From Lama glama (taxonomy: Eukaryota): a DNA stretch of 64,000 nucleotides. The notes beneath the pieces are model-generated. The model did no database searches. It saw only the letters and a list, made by a program, of their open reading frames with translations, and was not told where the DNA came from. Where the stretch lies: NCBI GenBank assembly GCA_028534125.1, contig CM052816.1, positions 74,774,001 through 74,838,000 on the forward strand, given 5' to 3'. This document shows positions 1 through 12,178 of this stretch, one piece after another (the stretch's first letter is position 1; the number at the start of each line of letters is the position of its first letter). The position numbers and the translations under genes are program-made.

Positions 1-67
1 ACAGAGAAGATTAGCATGGTCCCTGCGCAAGGATGACACGCAAATTTGTGAAGTGTTCTGTATTTTT
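1..67 (+). pseudogene. RNU6: U6 snRNA retropseudogene (3' two-thirds; 5' part lies left of the window)
   Basis: ACAGAGAAGATTAGCATGG...AAGGATGACACGCAAAT...TATTTTT matches U6 from the ACAGAGA box to the terminal U run, with about 5 substitutions, two of them CpG-type. Confidence 0.97.
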
Positions 68-288
68 AAATTGGGAATTTGAGATTTTCAGATTCTAATA
101 TATATAAAATAGATATACAAAAAGTTCATACTGTATAGCACAGGGAACTATATTCAATATCTTGTAACTTACAATGAAAAAGAACATGAAAATGAATATA
201 TGTATGTTCACATATGACTGAAGCATTATGCGGTACACCAGAAATTGACACAACATTGTAAACTGACTATACTTCAATAAGAAAAGAA
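68..288 (+). mobile_element. L1 3' UTR end fused directly to the U6 copy
   Basis: Collinear with the 3' UTR of the long L1 (about 35628-35850); ends in an A-rich tail. Confidence 0.93.
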
Positions 289-394
289 TATAGATGTTAT
301 AAATTCTTTAGACTTAAAGCAGAATTAGGGTAAAGATATATAATTTTAAGTTGAAGGATACGTAATCTACTTTTATTTTTTAAATGTTTTAGAT

Positions 395-813
395 TTATTT
401 TTATTGGTTAGTTTTTATTTTTCATTAATGTCCTGTTTTAAAAAAGTAGTTTTAGGTTTACAAGAAAATTGGGCAGAAAGCACAGAGTATTCTAATATAC
501 TCCTCCCACTAAATACACAGTTTCCATTATTTTTAACATCTGTGTATTAGTGTGGTTCATTTGTGACAATTGATGAGCCAATATTGATAGATTACTATTA
601 ACTAAAGTCCCTAATTTACATTAGGGTTCACTCTTGGTGTACATTCTATGGGTTTTGACAAACATAATGATATGCATTCCCCATTATGGAATCATATAGA
701 ATAGTTTCATTGCCCTTAAAATTCTCTGTGCTCATTTATTCTTCCTTCTCATATCCCTCCCCTCTGCCCACTGACAAACACTGATCTTTTACTGTTCCAT
801 AGTTTTGTCTTTT
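395..813 (-). mobile_element. Old L1 3' end (L1MC-like)
   Basis: Motifs such as TTGATGAGCCAATATTGATA...CTAAAGTCC...TTAGGGTTCACTCTT are typical of L1MC1-type 3' ends read antisense. Confidence 0.75.
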
Positions 814-827
814 CATATAATATTTTA

Positions 828-887
828 TTTCAGGGGGTGGGGTTTATATATTTAACGGAGGTACTGAGGATTGAACTATAACACCCC
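828..887 (-). mobile_element. Internally deleted tRNA-derived SINE (Vic-1-like), 60 bp
   Basis: Reverse complement GGGGTGTTATAGTTCAATCCTCAGTACCTCCGTTAAA resembles the SINE at 44675; flanked by the 14 bp direct repeat CATATAATATTTTA (814-827, 888-901). Confidence 0.8.
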
Positions 888-2269
888 CATATAATATTTT
901 AAAGCAGTAATTTAATTGATGCTGCCTAAAATTAAAACATGTATTAAAAAATTCATGTGGCTTCCACTCCTAAAAGTTATTTCGTTTTCCTAACTTTAGA
1001 AGAAGTTGTCTTTATATAAAGCAATACGTCAAATGTAATTCTTTTCCTTTTTAAAGTTCAAAAATATTTTTATATTGTTGATTTTAAAATAGTATGCATA
1101 GTATGACTATACTTCTATTAATTTTTTTCTGAATATATATAGCTATTATTTACTCAACTACACATACACAGATATATATTTGGAATCATGTTAAACAAAT
1201 ATCATAAAGCATTCTAGGATATTGAAATTTGGGATAATTTATAGCTGCTTTTTAGGTGATTTATAGATGTTTTTCTTCATGTATATGTAATATACATTTA
1301 TATTTTTAATGAGTTATTTTTAAAAAGTAAATAAAATTTATTAAAACAAATATAATGAAATTATGTAAGATGTTTCATCTGGGTCAAAATGCATCTTATA
1401 ACTACAAGATAAAGAAGTGAAGGCTAAGAAGCTTAATAAATACTTTAACTATAGATAAAAGTGAAGTTAATGAGTATACCTCATAAGTTTAATAAAATTA
1501 TAGTCTGTATTAATAATGTCAAAATGAGGAAGTCCCTGTGTGTTCTAAAGACCACATCTGCAATTTTGAGTTCAGTTGTAGATGCAAATTCAAATGTTTT
1601 CAGAAAAAGAATTAACAGGTAGTCATTAACAGAGTCATTAACTACGGAGAGAAATAATTTGATTTGGTGATACAAAATGTTCCTGAAAGGACTCTCCACC
1701 ATTGATATCTAGGCATAAGTTGGTCCACCTTTTGGCAGGGATATTGTAGTAAGAATGCAAATGTCAGGCAGATTATAAGAGTGAAAGATCTGTAAGTCTT
1801 CAAAATGTTATCAGTTTTAACACCTGAGTCTGGAAACAAGCAGAGACAATGCGATGACCACAGTGTTTCCACAATCAAATAAGTCCATTGCAAGCCATAC
1901 TGATGTTACTTTGGGAATCATCAAGTGTGAACCATCAGCATTTCAACAAGCAGTTGTTAGCCATCCTCACTCACTCCAAATGTTTGGGAAGATTTTTCTT
2001 CTCAAGGGGCAGAGGTAGAAGAATGGGGAAAGACTATACACTAATTGTGTTTATCTTTTAAAGGGTGAGCTTTTATAATTGATTCAAAAACAATATTGCT
2101 TGCCCCAAATTTTTCTTCTTAGATTCTCGAAAGTCAAATTGACGAAAAATTTATAATTTTTATGTACATAATATATGCAAATGTATGATTAAAGGGCAGT
2201 GTTTGTGGAACTAATATGGAAATGTCTGCTTCTATATCTCTATTTTCAACACACTGTACCTCTTTCTAG

Positions 2270-2450
2270 ACTGTGGAAATTTATAGCTCAAAGAGGTCTT
2301 AGCAGTCATTTAATCCAACCACTACATTGAACCAATGAAGAAACAGTCTCAGAAATGTTACACAACTTGCTCAAAGTCACATAATTAGTTCCTGAAAGTG
2401 ATGATTCTAAACCTCAATACTCTTGATTCTTAGCTCAGAGTTGTTTACCT
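2270..2450 (-). mobile_element. MIR SINE remnant
   Basis: Core-like ATGAAGAAACAG...AACTTGCTCAAAGTCACA. Confidence 0.65.
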
Positions 2451-2786
2451 TACATCAGGTACTGAAGTCTCTGTGCTTTTATTTTCTGTTTTCCTTCTGG
2501 CTTTCTGATATAGTGCAAGGCTTTGGGTAAAAGCTTTTTTTAGTACATATCTGTTGCAGACATTTGGGATAACCTTTGGCATTCTCCTGTTTCTGTGTCT
2601 ATATACAGAGTGCTGTGTCTATCTAGTCTCTTTACTTGAATTTTTTTTCCTTTTTTTCCCCTTGAATTTCTGGTTCTTTGCAAAAACCATTCATCTTTCA
2701 TCTTCATTCAAGGAAACATATTCTTTAAAGAAATTCCTGACATTCGTTTGTTTGTTTGAGAATATTGAGTAGGAGAGAGGAGCCCT

Positions 2787-2960
2787 GCATAGGTCAAGGT
2801 TCTGATTTGCAAACAGTAAGATCCATTCTGTATGATTTAAGCAGGTTTAAGCAGCAAGGAACTTACTGCAGAACATTAACCAGCTCATATAATCTCCATG
2901 AGGACTAGAGGCTTGTATGCTATACAACTTGTATGCTACACAACTGGGAACAGTGGAGCC
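2787..2960 (-). mobile_element. MLT1-type (MaLR) LTR fragment
   Basis: TG...GGTCAAGGTTCTG.TTGCAAACA...TTAAGCAG.AAGGAA pattern of old MLT1 3' termini. Confidence 0.55.
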
Positions 2961-3986
2961 AGGAAAAAATGCCTTTTAGATAAGAAACTATTCCTGTAAA
3001 AATCATGCTGCCACTGCACACAACTTAAACTCCCCATCTGCCAGACCGCTACTGCACAGGGCACAGAGAACTCATCCTTTTACAACCACCAGCACCACTT
3101 TCATTGTAGTAAAAGGGCTCCCCTGGAGATCCCTGGTGCTTCCAAAGCAGTTACTTCTCATTTTCAGGGTGTATCCATAACAACCTCAAGACCTCTGCAC
3201 AGAGCATGACTCTTCAAAGTGCAAAATAATGGTGCCTAAGAGATTGGTTCTGGCCATGAAACTTCATCATGAGTGTCTCTTGATTCACTGAAACCCCTTC
3301 TCTGCAGCCTGGGTCATAGAAGGGGCCTCCCACCTGCAGCTTTCAAGTGTGTTCCCTTCTCAGTGCCATTACATTCACACAGGATGCCCTTTATGATGCA
3401 GTGGAAGGGCTTGTGTCTAGACAGGTTTCTATCTTCATTAATAAAAACATTCACTAGCGATGGTATTTTGCCTAAGAATTCAGTTGTTTTTCTAATGGAA
3501 TTGTTTAATTAAACAGGCACCTTTGTATTTGTGGGGGTGGGGTTAACCTGGAGCATATTTTCTAAATTAAAATAATATGCGTACTTCAGTCACCATTGTT
3601 GTCTTCCCAACTCTGATGCATTTATGTGACATTCCTAATATTCACAGCTAGAGGAGAGGGTTGAAAAGACAGTAGGTGAAAAAGCTTTTCTAAGGTCAAT
3701 GAAGACTTCCTGGTCACAAAATTCTCTTCTGAGGGAAAGTGAGGAGAGCTACCAGAGAAGATAACATCATCACAGTACTGCACATTTAGTGAGACTTGGA
3801 AATAATATAAAGGGATATGCTTATTTATCCTGGGCTGGATTTTATTCAAACATCAGATAGATGATACATCTGTTGCTTAAAATGAATTTCAGCAAAGAAT
3901 GAAGTATCTGGATGCATCCCAGGTGGGAACAGGGTTTATTTATTGGACTCAGAAGCTGGAAAGAATTTAAATATATTTGTTCAAAT

Positions 3987-4122
3987 GAAAGAAAGAAAGA
4001 AAGAAAGAAAGAAAAAAAGAAAGAAAAAAAGAAAGAAAGAAAGAAAGAAAGAAAGGAAGGAAGGAAGGAAGGAAGGAAAGAAAGAAAGAAGGAAGGAAAG
4101 AAAAAAAAAAGACAAGAAAAAA
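3987..4122 (+). repeat. Compound (GAAA)n/(GGAA)n polypurine microsatellite
   Basis: Directly visible; explains the K/E/R-rich ORFs at 3912 and 3943. Confidence 0.97.
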
Positions 4123-6299
4123 ATGTATATAGAGTAAAATTCCAGGGCTGAATTCATAGAGAATTTCTGTTATTTCTGTTGTGAACTAAGTATACATTTT
4201 CAAAACTCTGTCAACCACCTAAGCACAGGTTTTATACCTGTTGTCTCTATTCAATCACTTTTTGGCTGATTAACCCTTCAAAATATGACACAAATTCTAA
4301 AAGAATATTTTGAGTTGGAGTAATAGCCCCACTGGAAGATTACTTTTTTTTTTAACTTGGCAGTTTCTTGCGCTTCTAAGAACACAAGATGAAGTTGAAC
4401 TCTTTTTAAAAGAGTTGTAACTATTCATTTCACTAATCCAATTTATTGAGAACTCATTCCATTCCATGGAGAATTTGGGAGCCTCATTATCCATAGTATT
4501 ATGTCAGAACAAAAGATGAAACTTCTGTCATATAACTGGAATCCAACATGCTCCACAAAGAATATAGACTGGAGGGAAGGTAAATTCCTGGATATGGACA
4601 AGTAGGTGAAACCTAATCCACCTGAAATTCTGCCAGGTACATTTTCTGATAGAAGAAAGAAGTGAGTGGCAACAGTTGGTGATGTAAATTCACCTCTGAA
4701 TAAAGAATGTATTTGCCATCCATATGCAGGGCTTGGCACCAATTTCTTATAAAAACATGTCACCTCATAGCCCATAGATTTGCAAATGGAAATAAATTAA
4801 TATAGATCCAGAAAGACCCATGAAAGGACATTTGAACAGATATTGAATATGGCAGCTAATAAAGAGTGTGTTTCTATTACATGAAGCCATTAGTGGGAGA
4901 CTGGAGGTGGATGGAAATTGTTGATTTGAATAACAGTAGAAGCCCTATGAAAAGTGAAGTTTTCTTCGTTCCTATTGTTTGTATTTGTATACAGGAGAAG
5001 TTTGTCCTCACTTGGAGAACAACCTCAAGCAGGGTCAACCAGATAGAATCATAGTTAGAAGTAGGTGATTTGTCTTGGATACCTCAGGTCTCTTCCTTCT
5101 GCATCCTTTCCTCATCCCATCTTAAACTCATAGTCGCTTTATGAACTCAACTCACAGCATCAAGCCTTACTTAGACAAGGATCTTATCAGAGTGGGGCAT
5201 TCACAGTGGTCTTCAAACTTAGTATTTTGATGTTCTCTCCAAATTAATATGACAATATTAAACATTTAATATAAGTTTAACCATGTTGTGAACAATTTTT
5301 TCAAGTTTTAATAATAAGTCTCAAAAACAAAAGGACCTGTCTCAACTTCTCAAAGATTCAACCCAGGAATGTATCTGAGAAGGTACATCTAGTAGAATAG
5401 TATTATCTTGAATGAAATTTTACAGGGACACCCAATGGATAGAAATGACACATCTGATTTAGGCAGCCCAAGGGAGAGTCCAGAGTTACTTCCACCTTCA
5501 ACTCCGTTCTTCCCAGCCATATCTGGGGACCGCTGAGGAAGCCCTGTCACTCTGAAACACTGTGGGAACACCACTGGTATAGGTGTCCCATAAGGAGTCA
5601 CATCTTTCAGAAGTTTTAAACAGTCCCCAGTTTGGTCAGGAAGGACACAGAGCTCTAGCCCTGGAGTACATGGCTCACTGGGTAGGTCAGGGGAGTATTT
5701 GGGAACAGAGAGCCTTTCTGCCATCCCAGAAATCATGCCACATAGAAGGCTAAGACTCATAAGATAAACTCTAATGGAAAGTGCCAGAGAGGGAGTAAAG
5801 AAGTCTCTGAAGCAAGAAAGAGAGAAGTATCTGTGCTTAATATAAGAGAAGAAGGCAAAGAGGACGGAGAGGTGGAGGAAATCAGAGCAGGGCTGGTGGT
5901 TATCAGGGTGGGGTGAAAGGAGAAGGTTGCCACCCTTAGCAGGTGTCCAGCTCTTTGGCTCTGCTCTTTGGGCTTCCATGCTCTGCCTTTGCAATCCTCA
6001 GAGTAGCAGCTGTTAGTTCTCCACAAACAAATGATGGTGAGACACTCATACACAGGTCAGAGCAGTCTAACTTGTGTATTTTATTTAAAATATAATTCTG
6101 CCTTTTATAATGACACATAAATATCTATTTTTTCTAGCATAAGAGACGAAAGACATATAAGCTTCTTCGTATCAGTTAGGTATCCCAACAGTGCCCTGCT
6201 ACCAAACGTAACTTATTTAACCATTTATTTTCATTCTAGCTAAAAATGGCTAGATTCATTTACTACCATTTACTGAACACTGAAATGAAGATGTTGATG

Positions 6300-6905
6300 A
6301 TGATGCTAGCTAATAATTATCAAGCACTTATTATGTGCTTAGTACTTTACATTGACTCCCTCATTTAATCTTCACAATAACCTTGAGAGACAGGTATTAT
6401 TATTGTCTCCACCTGTGGATGGAGAAACAGGCTAAGAGAGGTCAAAAGACATCTCTATGGCACATTATCACCAAGTGGTAAAGTGTGAATTTTAATCACA
6501 CCACCCCATGAAAGCTTTCCAACAATGCTGTAAAATGAGTATTGTTAATCTTTTTTTTTTTATAAACAAGGAAACTGAGGCTAAGCAATTTAATCAAGAT
6601 CCTGCAGCTAGCTAGTAAGTGGTAGAACAGAAAGGTAAATCCAGAATTGCCTAACTTCAAAAGACATGTTCCACCTTACCTATTAGTGTAAGTGAAAAAA
6701 TTTACAGGGTAGAAAGACAATCCTCAGCTTATATTTACATCTCAGCTGTGCCACATATTAGCTAGGTAGTAATTTAACATCAATTTCCTTACCTGTAATG
6801 TGAAGACAATCATATGCATATCATGCTTCAGGGTCTTATGACAATTAATTTAAATAATGACAAAAAGTCTTGCTATAAATTAAGCTCTTTATAAATGTTA
6901 GTTGT
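6300..6905. mobile_element. Cluster of three MIR remnants (two antisense, one sense)
   Basis: TCATTTAATCTTCACAATAACCTTGAGA; GGAAACTGAGGCT; TTTCCTTACCTGTAATGTG. Confidence 0.7.
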
Positions 6906-7128
6906 TCTCTCTTCTAATGTTAGTAGAACATTGCTCTACCGTCCTCTACTACATGTGTTTAATTACTCTCACAAGATTTCACCAAGCAAATTTATTTGAC
7001 ATCTCTGCATATAACTTTAAGTTACTTTTCTGTATCTTCTCCAAGGCATGTTATAGCAGTTTGTAGAGCTCTGATTTTTAGAAGAGTTGCATATTTATTT
7101 TTTCCAATATTCAAAAACATACGTGGTG

Positions 7129-7405
7129 CAGACATAGAAAACAAACTTATGATTACAGGAGGGAAGGGAGTGGGAAGGAATAAACTGGGAGTTTGAGATT
7201 TACAGATACTAATATATAAAATAGATAAACATGTTTCTGCTATATAGCACAGGGAACTATATTCAATATCTTGTAGTAACTTATGGTGAAAAAGAATATG
7301 AAAACGAATACATGTATGTTTTTATATGACTGAAACATTGCACTGTACACCAGAAATTGACACAACATTATAAACTGATTATACTTCAATAAAAATATAT
7401 TAATA
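7129..7405 (+). mobile_element. 5'-truncated young L1 3' end
   Basis: Collinear with 35574-35850; AATAAA; near-perfect TSD ATACGTGGTG (7119-7128) / ATATGTGGTG (7406-7415). Confidence 0.92.
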
Positions 7406-8089
7406 ATATGTGGTGGAAAAATTATTTTCAGGACTAACAATGGTACTAACAACGTTACCACACAGGAAACCACACCTGTGTACCGTGAGATCAGAATGAA
7501 ACATCAGAATCAGAATTCCTGTGGATTCTGGTGACCCATTAAATAAGGGCCATTTAGACATTTTCCTGGTTGGTATTGTACGCTCTCTAATACAGCTGTC
7601 AAGTTATGCCAAGTTGCGTAGACAAAACTTATCTTAATATTTATCTCAGATGAAACTATTTGACTTATAGCAGTCTCAGTCTGAAATAAAGGAAAGGGAA
7701 ACAAGCACATACACAATTTATAGGTTTAAACAAAACCCTAAAAGTATCCTGGGAGCTCATTAAACAAGAGTGATGAATAATCCATGAGCTGTTACAGAAG
7801 TTATTTCAGCTGGACCAAGACTATATAATTAATTTTAAGGAGAAATGTTACTTGGACATTAAAAAAATATGAGGAATAATTATTAACTGTGCAATTAGAG
7901 ACATCTCTGAAAATTTCAGTTTGATTTAGTGTCATCCCTTATTATCCACATACAGGGCCTTAATCTCCTGAATTAAGCATTTTCATTCTTCGTACAAGAA
8001 TGATATTCAACAAGAGCACTGGGGAATCATTGGCTCAATAAAATGACAAGCATATATGTAGGGCTTAATGAATAAAAGGAGATATACAT

Positions 8090-8900
8090 TAATCTTGTTT
8101 TGAGCACCAATTATGTTGAAGAACTGTGCTGAATCCTAGGGATACAAAATCAAACAAAGCATTGTCTTCTTCCAAGAAATGTACAATCTAGTGGGAAATT
8201 CAAATGCATAAATTGATTACTACAACATATGAGGTGCTCACTTGGTAGACCTAAGCACAATGGGCAACTAGACCGTATGTCACAGCCACCATGTGGTTAA
8301 AATATAAGATAGAACTTGTTGGTAACAAACTTAATGGCAGAGAAGCAGCAGTACCACACAATTGCCATGGGGTGGTGTGTCAAGACCAACCACAGTGGGA
8401 TAGAATGTGGGAGTCTGCCCTTGAAACAATCTTCATAGTTATAAGAGGCCCCCTAGGTGACTCTGTAACAGTGGATTACTCCATAAGGGAATGACCTTGC
8501 TATAAGGAGCAGCCTACAGAGATTGGCCGCTACATCAGCCTGTTCTACAGGGGGGTTACTTATACTTGCTGAACGAGTAACTTGTCAAACTATAAAGGAG
8601 AAGATTATTAACCTCAAGGGCCATTTGAATTTACTTTCTCTTGTTCTGGAAGCACAGAGAAAAGCATGGAGATTCAGAGAAGGCTTCCTGGAGGAGGACG
8701 TTGGTACTGAGTCTTGAAGGAGTTTACAAAATGAGGAAGGAGAAGATCAATCTGGTAAAGAGAAGAGCAAGTAAGAAGGAATAGCATGAATGACCATAGC
8801 ATAGTCAGCATATTCCTGGAACTGCAAATGGTCCATTGTGGTTGGATGAGAGTCAGAAGTGAGGCTACAAGGCAAGCGGATGCCAGACCAGTGTATTTGG
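8090..8900 (-). mobile_element. L2 remnants (two pieces, about 8090-8260 and 8660-8900)
   Basis: TTGAGCACC.ATTATGT; CAGAGAAGGCTTCCTGGAGGAGG...TGAGTCTTGAAGGA. Confidence 0.65.
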
Positions 8901-9534
8901 CAATTTCCAATAGCTCAAAACAATGAGGAATTTACCTCTATATATTCTTTCTATTTAGTCTTTATTTGCTGATGTTGGGGAAAAGGGATCGCTGAATAAC
9001 CAAGAAAACAAAGATGATAAATCCTACCTCTTAAGTTTAAAAGCCACTGGTCTAGGTGTAAACCAGAAATATTCTGATGCATATGTACAGACAGAACATT
9101 CCTGTTCCTTATCTAGATGAAAACATTTTGCTGGGGGAAGGGGAGAAGAGGAAGGCCAAGTAGACAGAAGAAACCTTCAAACCCCAAGAAGATACCAGTA
9201 ATCTACAGAGACAGGGAAACAAGTGGATGTAAAACAAAACTGAGAGACCATGCCATCTATTCAGGGGGCAGTGACCTTTGAAGTTTTTTGTTTCCATCTA
9301 GTGAGATCTGTCAGTCACCAGTATCCCATCACCGATTGCCTGTACAATAAGAGTAAGGCCTTCTTGTCCCCTAAGGCTATGGTTGGCTCTTCAAATAGCT
9401 CACATCCTGAAGACGACTCCACTTCTAAGAGCCTAGGATGTTATAAATTCCTAGGACTCAGTACCCCCAGAGAGGTGGGGATGGTATGGAAAGGAGAGTT
9501 TCCAATGACCAAAGTGGAACTAAATATGTGGTAG

Positions 9535-10045
9535 TGTAACAGAGAAGAACAAACCTAACTCCATATTGGATCTTCTTCCTTAGCTCTAATTCTTGTGCTC
9601 TGTTGTCTGCACTTAGTTATGCTGGCTCTGAACACTTGTAAAAGAATGTTGCCTATAACCTGAAATGTATGTGATACCCCATTCTCAGGGCTTTGATCTT
9701 TAAAGGTATAATAATTTTCCATTTGTATAGAGATAAAAAGTTGCAGAACAGAAAATAACAATTGTCTTGTTGGAGGTTTATATAAACCAGACCTAGGTGG
9801 ACAGCTATAAGAACAAAGGATTCCTGCACCAAGAAGCTTGCAACAACCAGCACCACCTCCTCCCCTTTTAGGATACAAGAAGCCTGAACTCTAACTTGGG
9901 TAAGATGGTTCTTTGGGACACCAGTCCACCATCTTCTTAGTCTGCTGGCTTTCTGAATAAAGTCACTACTCCTTGCCCCAGTTCTTCACCTCTTGATTTA
10001 TTGTCCTGTCTTGCAGTGAGCCGTACAAGCTTGGACTCAGTAATA
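9535..10045 (+). mobile_element. Solo LTR, ERV1-like (possibly MER41-related; family tentative)
   Basis: TGTAAC...GTAATA termini, AATAAA near the 3' end, perfect 4 bp TSD GTAG (9531-9534, 10046-10049); homologous to LTRs at 17905 and 18559. Confidence 0.9.
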
Positions 10046-11477
10046 GTAGAATATCAGACATAGATAGTTCATGATAGTTTATTTCCCAGAGTGAAATATC
10101 CAAAGTGAGATGTGTATAGACAACTATGAGGAGGATCAACCATGGTGTGAAATCATGACCAAAACCAACAAGGCTCTTAAAATCCTTTAATACCTGTAGT
10201 AATCTGCAGTGAAAAGTCCTCTTGTCATTTGTTTGTTAAAAACGCTGAACAACAACAAAAATCCTTACTTTAGAAGCCTACATAAAAGTATTTTTAAAAG
10301 AGATTTATTAATGTTAATTTCTGTTATTATTTTACTATTATGTAGTATAAACATCATTAAATGAGACTCCAAAATCTGAATTATGATATTTTAACCTGTG
10401 TTCACTGCACTGACATTAGCCTTTTGGATTAGTTTTTTCTTCCTGATTATCAGAATACTGAAAATACTTTAAAAGAAAGGAATTCCAAATTTCAGGAAAA
10501 AAATAGCAAAAGAGCAGGGGAAAATCATATGTCACCCTACCGCTACAAAGAAACTAGTGTTCGCATTGTTAATCTCACGGCTTTATTCCTTCCAATATTT
10601 TTAATAATGTAATATTTTTTATATAGTTGACATTATGCTATTGATAAATTTTTTCTTTTATTCTTTACCTCAGTATTATACCAAAAGCATTTGTACATGT
10701 TCTTGAAACCAAGAAAGAGTTCATTTTCTAAATTTGTTTTACTGGTGGTTTTAATCATATGCTTGTCTCCACATATCCCCAGGCAGACAACAGGAACAGG
10801 GTGGAGTTACTGGGAATGGGACCAGCCCTCAGGATGTAACAGTACTGGAAAGAAGGGACTACATAGAATTATGTCCTGGTTAAATGAAAGGCTCTTTAGT
10901 GGGAAACAGGCATTTAAACAGGCATTTCTGCCTTGGATAACAAATAGAGCAGACATTTTATCCGGTCTGGGACTAATCTTAAGGGAGAATAAAAAGGAAC
11001 ATAAAGACAAAATTCTCTGTGTATAAGGAAAATTACCCACCTACAGCTGTACTTTCCTAGATATCAAAACCAATGTTGTATTTCAAACAACTGGTTCTGA
11101 CCAGCTGAAGCTGATAAATGACTATGTATGTTGATCTACCCCAGCAAAACAAATTCTCAATGAAATTAATAAAAGACTCTTTCCTGACAGGTAAAAAATG
11201 GGGCTTATTTTAACCAATTATGGACAAAGGTAGGGATTCATTTCAATATATCCAGAGTGCTAGTTTCTATTAATTGACGTAAAGTACCATGAATGCCCAC
11301 CCATCTGCCAACACTTAAATTACACTGACATTTTGCTCTTAGAGTACTACTGAGTGAATTTCTTCACACTGTGTGTTTCCTGGCAAATAAATACATTCAG
11401 CTATTATTTTGAGTTTTGAGTTTTGCTTTGTCTGCTATGCTGCTGCTGTTGTTGCTTTCATTTAAAAAAAGTATGTA

Positions 11478-12178
11478 TTTTTTAATTGAAGTATAATTGA
11501 CTTGTAATATTCTATTAGTTTCAGGTGTACAACACAGTGACTTGATATTCTTATATATTACAAAACGATCACCATGACAAATCCAACTACCATCTGTCAC
11601 CATATAAAATTATTACAATGTTATTGACTATATTTCTCATGCTATATATTAATTATATCCTTGTGACTTATTTATTTCGTAACTGGAAGTTTATACCTCT
11701 TAATCTCCATCACCTATCCTTCCTTCCTCCTCACCCCTCCATCCTTCTCCTCTCCAGTAACCACTAGTTTGTTCTCTGTAGCCATGAGTCTGTTTCTGTT
11801 TTGCTTTTTAGATTCCACATATAAGTGAAATCATAAATTATTTGTTTTTCTCTGTCTGACTTATTTCACTAAGCATAATGCCCTCTAGGTCCATCCATGT
11901 TGTCACAAATGGCAAGATTTCATTCCTTTTTATGGCTGACTAATATTCCGTTTATTTATTCATCTTCTTTATCCATTCATCTACTGATGGACACTTAGGT
12001 TGCTTCCATATCTTGGATATTGTAAATAATGCTGCAATGAACATAGGGGTGCACACATCTTTTCAAATTAGTGTTATTTCCTTCAGAAAAATACCCAGAA
12101 ATGGAATTGCTGGATCATATGGTAGTTCTATGTTTAAGTTTTTGAGGAGCCTCTATACTATTTTCCATAGTGGCTATA
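11478..12178 (-). mobile_element. L1 3' end plus ORF2 C-terminus, older subfamily
   Basis: AATTGAAGTATAATTGA...AGATTCCACATATAAGTGA...GGAATTGCTGGATCATATGGTAG. Confidence 0.9.

Noticed and set aside
1..67. Functional U6 snRNA gene
   Set aside because: Several substitutions including CpG decay, and direct fusion to an L1 tail, indicate a retrocopy.
3912..4151. Lys/Glu/Arg-rich ORFs
   Set aside because: Translation of a GAAA/GGAA microsatellite.
5389..5994. 201 aa minus-strand ORF
   Set aside because: Non-ATG start, no recognisable domain, antisense of a purine-rich stretch; no supporting gene structure.
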